NCBI GenBank assembly: GCA_030018315.1
Contig: JASEGA010000003.1
Coordinates: 7,246 to 71,245, forward strand
Direction of reading: 5' to 3'
DNA from: a bacterium
Lineage (GTDB): Bacteria > Hydrothermota > UBA3073 > JACQXS01 > JAGMCI01
Length of the DNA: 64,000 bases
In this document: positions 56,282-64,000 of the stretch, piece by piece
How positions within the stretch are numbered: the stretch's first letter is position 1
Layout: each line of letters begins with the position of its first letter
Made by a program: the position numbers and the translations under genes
The notes under the pieces: generated by a model
Databases searched by the model: none
Told to the model about the DNA's origin: nothing
What the model saw: the letters and a program-made list of their open reading frames with translations, nothing else

Positions 56282-57091
56282 ATGAAGGCGATTGTTACCA
56301 TTCTAACAGATTTTGGCCTATCTGATTCCTATGTTGGAGTTATGAAGGGGGTTATGCTTAAGATAAATCCTGAGCTTAAATTTGTAGATATTACTCACTC
56401 AATTCCTCAAGGTAATATAAAGAAAGCCGCCTTTCAGCTTTTTACTGCCTACAAATACTTCCCAAAATCGACAATCCACCTTGTAGTAGTAGACCCGGGA
56501 GTAGGGACTAAAAGAAACCCTATAATTGTTGAGACAAACGATTATCACTTCGTAGGTCCTGATAATGGTGTTTTTAGCTGGATATATGAGAATGAGGATT
56601 TTAAAGTCTACAAAATCATGGAAATCTCATCTTTAATAAGTAATACATTTCATGGTAGGGATGTCTTTGCCCCAATAGCAGCAAAACTAAGTTTAAGGAT
56701 TAAGCCTTCAGAGTTGGGCAATTTGTTAAATCAATGGGTAAAATTCAAGCCACCTAAGCCAATAATAAAAAGTAATACAATTAGGGGTGAAGTTTTGGAC
56801 ATAGACGGATTTGGTAATATTATAACAAATGTACCCAAATCCGTATTTGAGGCTATTGCAAAAACAAACTTTAAAATTAAAATAAAAAACTGTGTAATAA
56901 AGGAGATAAAGACTTCTTACATGCAAAATCACCGATTTTGTACTCCAAAACTGGGTAAATCTCCAATTGCAATATTTGGTAGTGCTGGATTTTTGGAAAT
57001 CTCTTTACCCAGTGGAAACTGTGCAAAATTACTTAATTCAAAGGCAGGAACAAAGATTTCTATCAAATATAATCTGTATAAGAAAACTTAA
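56282..57091 (+). CDS. SAM hydroxide adenosyltransferase (DUF62, SalL/fluorinase-like SAM hydrolase)
   Basis: TDFG..DSYVGVMKGV...VVDPGVGT...FVGPDNGV motif series. Confidence 0.8.
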   Translation: MKAIVTILTDFGLSDSYVGVMKGVMLKINPELKFVDITHSIPQGNIKKAAFQLFTAYKYFPKSTIHLVVVDPGVGTKRNPIIVETNDYHFVGPDNGVFSWIYENEDFKVYKIMEISSLISNTFHGRDVFAPIAAKLSLRIKPSELGNLLNQWVKFKPPKPIIKSNTIRGEVLDIDGFGNIITNVPKSVFEAIAKTNFKIKIKNCVIKEIKTSYMQNHRFCTPKLGKSPIAIFGSAGFLEISLPSGNCAKLLNSKAGTKISIKYNLYKKT

Positions 57092-57539
57092 GGACTCTTA
57101 TTACTTCGTCACCTAAAAGATTTTTAAAGCTAAGTTCAAGTGTTATCCGGTCCTCAAATGCCCATCTTATACCAGTATTGAGTATAAAACTATCGTGTTT
57201 CACATAGCCCTCAAGTAGCAATTTTGCTTCCTTTGAAAGTCCTGTCTCTACTCCATAAAATGCTTCTAACCATTTGTAATAATTAACTCCAAAGTAAGGG
57301 ATGAATTTTCCACCCAAATCTCCACCAAATACCCCATATATCCCTTTAGATGAGTCATCGTATGGCTCTGAGTCAAATCCAACTGCAAATGAGACTCGTG
57401 GTGCTGTAATTCCAACTTTTGCCTGTACTCCTGGTGATTTATGCCAATTAGGAGTCCCAGTCCCAATGACCTTCTCTCCTCCATAGGAGATTCCAAATGT
57501 AAATCTCTCAAATGGCGAAATTCCAACCTGTCCAATCAT
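57063..57539 (-). CDS. Hypothetical beta-rich outer-membrane-like protein; N-terminus probably extends to ~57653 with ATT/ATA start
   Basis: The frame is open upstream through a hydrophobic ILIIFFLFNFGYLIDS behind GGGAGGTG. Gly/aromatic-rich body. Confidence 0.35.
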   Translation of the reverse strand: MIGQVGISPFERFTFGISYGGEKVIGTGTPNWHKSPGVQAKVGITAPRVSFAVGFDSEPYDDSSKGIYGVFGGDLGGKFIPYFGVNYYKWLEAFYGVETGLSKEAKLLLEGYVKHDSFILNTGIRWAFEDRITLELSFKNLLGDEVIRVLKFSYTDYI

Positions 57540-57646
57540 TCCACCATTTGCTACAAATCTGAATTCAATGTCGTAACTCCCTTGCGGGATAACATAAGTT
57601 GTTGGTGAATCTATAAGATAGCCAAAATTAAATAAGAAAAAGATTA

Positions 57647-60600
57647 TTAAAATGGCACACCTCCCAATTTAACTGCCCCTTCCCCAAATAATTTTTTAAT
57701 CTTTGAGCAGAGGCTTTTTTTTGGGGTTATTTTAACTCCAGTTTTCAAAGTTATTTTGTCTTGATTCTCACCTAAGAGATGTAAGAACACTTCGCAGTCT
57801 CCTGGAGCTGAATCCAAAGTTTGACGTAAATCTATTAAAGGCTTTTCATCTAATCCCAAAATTCTCACATAAATATCTATCCATTTGACAAATTCGTCCC
57901 TTACCTTTGATAACGGGATTATCTTTAAAGCTCTAACAGAAACTCTATCATCTCTTCGTGCTACTTCACCTTTAACTAAAATTCCTTCCTCAGGCTCGAT
58001 AGAGTTTGCATTGAACACATTATCAAATACCATAACTTCAGAACTGCCATCAAAATCTTCAATTGTTAGAAATGCAATATGCTTATCTCTAATCACCTTT
58101 TTCCTAACTACTATTCCTCCAACAATTACCTCTTTCTTAGTAGGCTCAGCTGCTATATCACGTGTCTTGACAGTAGTAAAGGCTTCAAGCTCATCCTTAT
58201 ATCTCTCAAGTGGATGCCCTGAGAAATAAAACCCAAATGCCTCTTTTTCCCATGAGAGTAACTCAGCTTTCGACCACTCCCCTTTTTTAACTGGCTCATC
58301 CCTAATGAACAGGCTAAGTTGAGCTGTCTCTTTTTGATTTAGGGTATCTAAAAGCTTCTCCCGATTTGGGTCAATAGAATCAAATGCACCTGCTTTTATT
58401 AAGCTTTCACATGCTTTACGATTAAGAGTTACACGATTTAAGAAGTCAGAAAACGATTTAAACGGTCTTTTATTTATGCACTCATCGGCGGCACTCTTAC
58501 CGAGATTCTTTATAGCAGCAAGTCCAAACCTTATTCCTCTATTCTCAGGTTTAAAATAAGAGTCTGCGCAATTTATATCTGGTGGCAATACCTCTATCCT
58601 CATCCTACGGCATTCATCTATAAGCAACTTTATCCGGTCTGTATCCTGTAATTCAGATGTCAAGTTACTTGCCATAAACTCTACCGGATAATGAGCTTTA
58701 AGCCATGCAGTCTGGTAAGAAAGTAGTGAATAGCCAGCAGAATGTGATTTGTTAAATCCATAACCTGCAAATGGTATCATTAAATCAAATATTTGATTAG
58801 CTAAACTTTCTGGTATCTCATTCTTTTTAGCCCCTTCAATGAATGATTTTCTTCTTTCATCCATAACCACTGGGTTCTTTTTACCCATCGCTCTCCTTAA
58901 GATATCGGCTTCACCGAGACTAAATCCAGCTATAACAGATGCTATTTGCATTACCTGGTCCTGATACAGTATTATTCCATAGGTATCACGTAGAATTGGC
59001 TCAAGTTTAGGATGCGGATAAGTTATTTTTTCCTCACCATGCTTACGATGTATAAATCTATCTTTTGTAAGCCCACCAATTGGGCCCGGTCTATATAGAG
59101 CGAGGACTGCCATTATATCATTAAACGATTCAGGAGCTAACTTTCTTAATATGTCTCTCATTCCATCTGATTCAAGCTGGAACACTCCTACAGTATCACC
59201 TTTTTTAAGTAAGTTAAAGACACGAGCATCATTTTCTGGTATCTCTCTTACTCCCTTTTCTTTGAGCATCTCTAATGTGTTATGAATGACTGTAAGGGTG
59301 CGTAGCCCAAGTATATCTATTTTAAGCAACCCTATATCTTCAAGCGACTTCATTGAATATTGAGTTGATAAAGTGCCTTCCTCAGATTTAAACAGTGGTG
59401 TAAAGTCAGTTAAATTTCCGGGCGCAATAACTATTCCAGCTGCATGTGTAGAAGCATGACGTGCTATACCTTCAAGTTTTCCTGCTATTTCAACTACTTT
59501 TTTAAGCTGTGCGTCAGCTTCTACAGCTTCTTTGAATTCATGTATCTCAACTGCTTCATTAATTGATGCTCCAAGTGGTATAAGCTTAGCTATCCTATCA
59601 ACAACTGGGTATGGTACCTTAAGAACCCTACCTACATCTCTTATTGCAGCTCTTGCTGCCATTGTCCCAAAAGTTATTATCTGACAAACATTTTGCTTCC
59701 CGTATCGCTCAGTAATATAGCGTATAACCTCGTCCCTTCGTTCATCACCAAAGTCTATATCAACATCAGGTGGTGATACCCGTTCAGGATTTAAGAATCT
59801 CTCAAAGATGAGGTTATAACGTAGAGGGTCAATTTGAGTTACTCCAAGACAATAACAAACAAGACTACCTACTGTAGAGCCCCTACCGGGCCCGATTGGT
59901 ATTTTTTTCTCTTTTGCAAAGTCTATTAAGTCCTTAATTATCAGGAAGTAACCAGAAAATCCCATCCGTTTTATAGTGTCAAGTTCATATTCAAATCTTT
60001 CACGCACCTCCTTTGATGGCTTTTTGTACCGTTCATTTAACCCTTTCTCTGCAATAGCTTGCAGATATTCATCACTTGAATCATAACCTTCAGGAAGAGG
60101 ATAAGATGGGAAGTATACTTTTGTTGGGTCAAGCTCAAGTCTTAAGTTGCACTGTTCAGCAATCTGTACAGTATTTTCTATAGCTTCAGGATGGTCAGAA
60201 AAAAGGGCTGTCATCTCATCCGGTGATTTAAAATAAAGTTCTTGTGACTCAAATCGTAGCCTTTTATCATCTTCCAAGTCTTTGCGAGTCTGTAAGCATA
60301 ATAGCACATCATGGGCTTCTGCATCTTCTGGTCTAAGATAATGGCAATCATTTGTAGCAACTAATGGGATTCCAAGTTCATCTGCAATTTTTACAAGTTC
60401 ACCATTAACAAGGTCGTTATCTTTTAAACCGAGCCTCATAAGTTCGAGGTAAAAATTACCTTCTCCAAAGATTGATAGGTATTCACTTGCTACCTTTGTT
60501 GCATGGTTAAAATTTCCCTTTTTAATCCAGTACGGGATTTCGCCCCTTAAACAGCCAGATAATGCAATAAGACCTTCAGAGTATTCTTTTAATATAGTTT

Positions 60601-60970
60601 TATCAATTCTCGGTTTATAGTAGAAACCTTCTGTATAAGCAAGGGTTGATAATTTCATAAGATTCTTGTAGCCACATTCATTCTTAACAAGCAACGTCAA
60701 GTGGAAAGCCGGTACCCCATCTACAGTTTGATGTCCAAATCTTGACCCCGGAGCTACATACACTTCTTCACCTATAATTGGCTTAATTCCAAAGTTTTCC
60801 ATAGTTTTATAGAATTCAATGACTCCAAACATATTGCCATGGTCTGTTATTGCAAGTGCTGGCAGTAAATATTGTTTAGCGAGCTCACCAAGTTTTTCTA
60901 TTTTACAGGCTCCATCAAGTAGGCTATAATCTGTATGGATATGGAGGTGAACAAATTTAGCGTGTGCCAT
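57647..60970 (-). CDS. dnaE: DNA polymerase III alpha subunit
   Basis: N-terminal PHP domain HLHIHTDYSLLDGA, a polymerase core, and an OB-fold C-terminus. Confidence 0.9.
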   Translation of the reverse strand: MAHAKFVHLHIHTDYSLLDGACKIEKLGELAKQYLLPALAITDHGNMFGVIEFYKTMENFGIKPIIGEEVYVAPGSRFGHQTVDGVPAFHLTLLVKNECGYKNLMKLSTLAYTEGFYYKPRIDKTILKEYSEGLIALSGCLRGEIPYWIKKGNFNHATKVASEYLSIFGEGNFYLELMRLGLKDNDLVNGELVKIADELGIPLVATNDCHYLRPEDAEAHDVLLCLQTRKDLEDDKRLRFESQELYFKSPDEMTALFSDHPEAIENTVQIAEQCNLRLELDPTKVYFPSYPLPEGYDSSDEYLQAIAEKGLNERYKKPSKEVRERFEYELDTIKRMGFSGYFLIIKDLIDFAKEKKIPIGPGRGSTVGSLVCYCLGVTQIDPLRYNLIFERFLNPERVSPPDVDIDFGDERRDEVIRYITERYGKQNVCQIITFGTMAARAAIRDVGRVLKVPYPVVDRIAKLIPLGASINEAVEIHEFKEAVEADAQLKKVVEIAGKLEGIARHASTHAAGIVIAPGNLTDFTPLFKSEEGTLSTQYSMKSLEDIGLLKIDILGLRTLTVIHNTLEMLKEKGVREIPENDARVFNLLKKGDTVGVFQLESDGMRDILRKLAPESFNDIMAVLALYRPGPIGGLTKDRFIHRKHGEEKITYPHPKLEPILRDTYGIILYQDQVMQIASVIAGFSLGEADILRRAMGKKNPVVMDERRKSFIEGAKKNEIPESLANQIFDLMIPFAGYGFNKSHSAGYSLLSYQTAWLKAHYPVEFMASNLTSELQDTDRIKLLIDECRRMRIEVLPPDINCADSYFKPENRGIRFGLAAIKNLGKSAADECINKRPFKSFSDFLNRVTLNRKACESLIKAGAFDSIDPNREKLLDTLNQKETAQLSLFIRDEPVKKGEWSKAELLSWEKEAFGFYFSGHPLERYKDELEAFTTVKTRDIAAEPTKKEVIVGGIVVRKKVIRDKHIAFLTIEDFDGSSEVMVFDNVFNANSIEPEEGILVKGEVARRDDRVSVRALKIIPLSKVRDEFVKWIDIYVRILGLDEKPLIDLRQTLDSAPGDCEVFLHLLGENQDKITLKTGVKITPKKSLCSKIKKLFGEGAVKLGGVPF

Positions 60971-61060
60971 TTTGTTTATTCTGTGTATTTCTGTAGCCTA
61001 AACTTAATTTTATTTAATAGTGACAAAATTGCAAGTAAAAAATATAAAAAAGTGATTTTG

Positions 61061-61470
61061 TTATGTGGTCGAAAGAGGTCCTAAGGCTATTACTTCGGTG
61101 ATAAAATCATTTACAACTTGGCAAAATTTGTTACCTTCTCCTGCTGATACCCATTCAAGTTTGAGTCTTTTAGGGTCTATACCAAGCTGTTGCATCATAT
61201 TTTTAAGTAGAAAATATCCCTTCGTGTCTTATAATTTCCATTTATATAGTGACAGTCACCAGGATGACAGCCAGCCACCATCACACCATCTACCCCCATT
61301 TTGAAGGCTGTCATGATAAATTCTGGGTCAATTCTACCTGAGCACATAGTTCTTATTATCCTAAAATACGGCTTTATCTGTAACCTTGATACTCCTGCCA
61401 GGTCAGCTCCTGCATATGCACACCAGTTGCAGCAAAAGACTATAATCTTTGGGTTAAAATCCTTATTCAT
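61061..61470 (-). pseudogene. mvhD: MvhD-type hydrogenase/heterodisulfide reductase-associated [2Fe-2S] subunit, frameshifted in an A5 run near 61197-61201
   Basis: N-terminal part [17 protein letters not shown]...CSGRIDPEF...GCHPGDCHY is in one frame. The C-terminal part [25 protein letters not shown]... is in the -1 frame. Confidence 0.7.
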
Positions 61471-61478
61471 TCAATTTG

Positions 61479-64000
61479 TTAGATTGCTTCGCTTACACTC
61501 GCAATGACCATTGCTGACAACTGCTCACTCCTAAACCCTTGTTGTTGCATGGCTCCAGATGGACAGGCAGAAGCACAGGAGCCACACCCTTTACATAGCG
61601 CCTCATTTACCTTTGAACTTCTCTTACCCTCTTTAACTACCATTTCAATCGCCTCATACGGGCATAATCCACTGCAAACACCACAACCGGCACATAGTTC
61701 TTCATTCACTTGTGAGATCGCAGCCTCAGCGGAATATTTTTTATTTGCAATGATTGTAGAAGCTCTGGCTGCAGCAGCTTCAGCCTGATTTATTGTCTCA
61801 TCAATACATTTTGGACTATGTGCCATACCAGCAACAAAGATGCCTTCAGTAGCAAAGTCAACTGGTCGCAGTTTGACATGCGCTTCAAGGAAAAAGCCTT
61901 CACTATTCAAAGGCACCTTTAACAGCTTTGCCAGTTTTTCATTCTCTTTCTCTGGCTCAACCCCATTTGAAAGGACCACAAGGTCTGGTACAATTTCGAG
62001 TTTCTCATTAAGAATCGGCTCAAATACAGAAATCATTAGTTTACCATTAGCTCTCCGCAACTCCGGTTTTGACTCATCGTCATATCTAATGAAGACAACA
62101 CCCGCCTCTCTTGCCTTTCTATAGAAATCTTCTTTCAACCCGTACGTCCTTACATCCCGATATAGGACATAGATACTTGCATCAGGGTTTATCTCCAAAA
62201 GCCTTAATGAGTTTTTCACAGCCTGAGAGCAGCAAATTCTGCTACAGTATTGATGGCTATCATCTCTAGAACCAACACACTGAATCATCACTACAGATGA
62301 TAGATTACAGATTACAGATGACAGATTTTTATCTTGTGTCTTGTTTCTGATTTCTTGCTTCTGATTTTTTGCTTCTTCAAGCAATCCTTCTAACTCTTTC
62401 TGTGTGATTACTCGTTTATCTTGACCATATAGATATTCAGTAGGCTGATACTCTTGTGCACCTGTAGCAACAATCACCACACCATGTTTAAATTTTTCCA
62501 TAGTCCCGTCTTTAAGTATAACTTCAGTCTCATAATTTCCAATATAACCTGAAATTGATTCAATCTTTGCCTCATTGAACACTTTTATCAATCTGTTAGT
62601 TTTCACCTTTTCAATAGTTCTTATCAAGAAATTTTGTACATCCCTGCCTTCAATTGTATAATAGGTATGCCTTAAATTGCCACCAAGTTCATTCTCTTTT
62701 TCAACCATGAAGACCTCAAACCCTTGCTCAGCCAGCGAGATGCTTGAAATCATTCCCGCAATTCCACCTCCAATGACCAACGCTTTCTGAGTAACATCAA
62801 TCTCAACCTGTTTTAGCGGTGCAATTAATCGTGCCTTAGCAACTGCCATTCTCACCAAATCTTTTGCCTTTTCAGTTGCTTCTTTTGGCTCTTTCATATG
62901 AATCCAACTGCATTGGTCACGAATATTTGCCATCTCAAACAAATAAGGGTTTAATCCCGCTTCCCTAATTGTGTCACGGAAAAGTGGCTCATGTGTCCTC
63001 GGTGTACAGGAAGCAACTATGACACGATTTAATTTGTGTTCTTTAATCAGCTCTACAATTCTCTTTTGTGTATCCTGTGAACAAGTATATAGATTATCTT
63101 CAGCATATACAACATTTGGTAGTGTTTTTGCATACTCTACTACAGAGGGCACATCTACATAACCGCCGATATTTATTCCACAGTGGCAGATAAATGCACC
63201 AATGCGTGGCTCTTGACCCAAGACATCCAACTCTGGTGGATATTCTTTTTTTGTGATTAATGTATTTCTAGCCTCAGTTAGAAGACACATCGCCTTAACT
63301 GCGGCAGCTGATGCCTGTGTTACAGTCTCAGGTATATCCTTTGGACCAGCAGATGTGCCACAGACATAGATGCCATCTTGAATTGTATCAACTGGCATAA
63401 ACTCAGAAGTTCGACAGAACCCGTATTCGTTAAGGGTAACACGTAATCTTTTTGCCAATTGAGCCATACCAGCTTTGGGTAAAAGACCAACTGATAGGAC
63501 AACCAGAGAAAACTCTTCATTTCTTATTTCACCAGCCTCACTTTCATAATGCACCATTAAATTCTTAGTATTTGAATCTTCATCAATCCTTGAAACACCA
63601 GCCCGAATAAATTTCACTCCATACTCATTCTTTGCCCGTTCATAATAGGATTCAAACCCTTTACCAAAAGTCCTGATGTCCATAAAAAATATTGTCGTCT
63701 CAAGTCCATTCTTTTCCACAGGATTCTGCGAAGAATGCTCCTTGGCAATGATTGCCTCTTTGATGGCATAGGTGCAACAGACTGATGAACAATAGCTTTT
63801 TCCAGACTGTGTATCCCTTGACCCAACACATTGTATAAATGCAATCCTTTTAGGTGGCTTACCATCTGATAATCTCTGAATATGGCCGCCAAACGGACCT
63901 GATGCTGAAAGTATTCTTTCAAATTCTATTGAGGTAACAACATTCTTATACCTTCCGTACCCATATTCACTCTTCTTTTTTGCATCAAATTCATCAAACC
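61479..64000 (-). CDS. HdrA-like FAD/Fe-S flavoprotein (large, multi-domain; 5' end beyond window) with in-frame heptamer array and V-element C-terminus
   Basis: The frame is open from the window edge. Repeated HdrA motifs (GAFICHCGINIGG, GVVIVATGAQEY, C-terminal CAGCGVCSGLCP and CKGCGSCASACP). The ORF-track start at 63719 is an internal GTG. Confidence 0.85.
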   Translation of the reverse strand, partial: FDEFDAKKKSEYGYGRYKNVVTSIEFERILSASGPFGGHIQRLSDGKPPKRIAFIQCVGSRDTQSGKSYCSSVCCTYAIKEAIIAKEHSSQNPVEKNGLETTIFFMDIRTFGKGFESYYERAKNEYGVKFIRAGVSRIDEDSNTKNLMVHYESEAGEIRNEEFSLVVLSVGLLPKAGMAQLAKRLRVTLNEYGFCRTSEFMPVDTIQDGIYVCGTSAGPKDIPETVTQASAAAVKAMCLLTEARNTLITKKEYPPELDVLGQEPRIGAFICHCGINIGGYVDVPSVVEYAKTLPNVVYAEDNLYTCSQDTQKRIVELIKEHKLNRVIVASCTPRTHEPLFRDTIREAGLNPYLFEMANIRDQCSWIHMKEPKEATEKAKDLVRMAVAKARLIAPLKQVEIDVTQKALVIGGGIAGMISSISLAEQGFEVFMVEKENELGGNLRHTYYTIEGRDVQNFLIRTIEKVKTNRLIKVFNEAKIESISGYIGNYETEVILKDGTMEKFKHGVVIVATGAQEYQPTEYLYGQDKRVITQKELEGLLEEAKNQKQEIRNKTQDKNLSSVICNLSSVVMIQCVGSRDDSHQYCSRICCSQAVKNSLRLLEINPDASIYVLYRDVRTYGLKEDFYRKAREAGVVFIRYDDESKPELRRANGKLMISVFEPILNEKLEIVPDLVVLSNGVEPEKENEKLAKLLKVPLNSEGFFLEAHVKLRPVDFATEGIFVAGMAHSPKCIDETINQAEAAAARASTIIANKKYSAEAAISQVNEELCAGCGVCSGLCPYEAIEMVVKEGKRSSKVNEALCKGCGSCASACPSGAMQQQGFRSEQLSAMVIASVSEAI
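62294..62326. repeat. (GATTACA/TGTAATC)n heptamer array inside the hdrA-like CDS
   Basis: Encodes NLSSVICNLSSVV between conserved domains. Confidence 0.7.

Noticed and set aside
1-64000. CRISPR array
   Set aside because: The repeats present are palindromes, microsatellites and dispersed hairpin elements. No array of a constant 24-48 bp repeat separated by unique spacers was seen, and no cas genes.

Overview
AT-rich chromosomal window from an uncultured-type anaerobic bacterium. Type IX secretion C-terminal sorting domains on several secreted proteins suggest an FCB-superphylum-like lineage.

Gene content, in order along the window:
- A sensor kinase (partial) with a receiver, then a DUF433/DUF5615 toxin-antitoxin-like pair whose toxin is frameshifted.
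- An unmistakable gvpA (gas vesicle structural protein) followed by four small unknown ORFs, then tRNA-Glu(CUC) and rarA.
- An AsrAB/sulfhydrogenase beta-gamma-like Fe-S/FAD module with an Mrp ATPase and hypA.
- thiC, plsY, a bactofilin with an M23 peptidase, nadE and rsmE.
- A six-gene group-4 [NiFe] hydrogenase module (NuoB/C/D/I-like proteins, a polyferredoxin and an FdhA-like molybdopterin protein) with no adjacent membrane subunits.
- A decayed IS481-like element, a 1140-aa T9SS cargo protein with an outer-membrane barrel partner, an IS4-like remnant, and a thioredoxin-CcdA/NapH-like module.
- A sulfur amino-acid locus (MetY-like, two tandem cysteine-synthase paralogs, a third cysK carrying an in-frame TGA).
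- A LipS1/LipS2-type radical-SAM pair with a GGR-family reductase and an LplA-like ligase.
- mnmA, nfu, iscU, nadA, iscS, an Rrf2/IscR-like regulator, an AmrS-type radical SAM, an M16 peptidase, tandem TPR paralogs, a DUF62 SAM hydrolase, dnaE, a frameshifted mvhD, and a large HdrA-like protein that runs off the right edge.

The most striking feature is a set of short hairpin-forming palindromic elements that recur through the window, several sharing GTAGGG...CCCTAC termini. Many copies sit in-frame inside otherwise conserved genes (hypA, plsY, the iscR-like gene, the lplA-like gene, the GGR gene, hdrA-like and others). Each element encodes a fixed short peptide, and for the perfect palindromes that peptide is the same in either orientation. 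This resembles Rickettsia palindromic elements. I also see in-frame micro-satellite insertions, two in-frame TGA nonsense codons, two homopolymer or near-homopolymer frameshifts, and three genes with no canonical start codon. No CRISPR array and no rRNA were seen.
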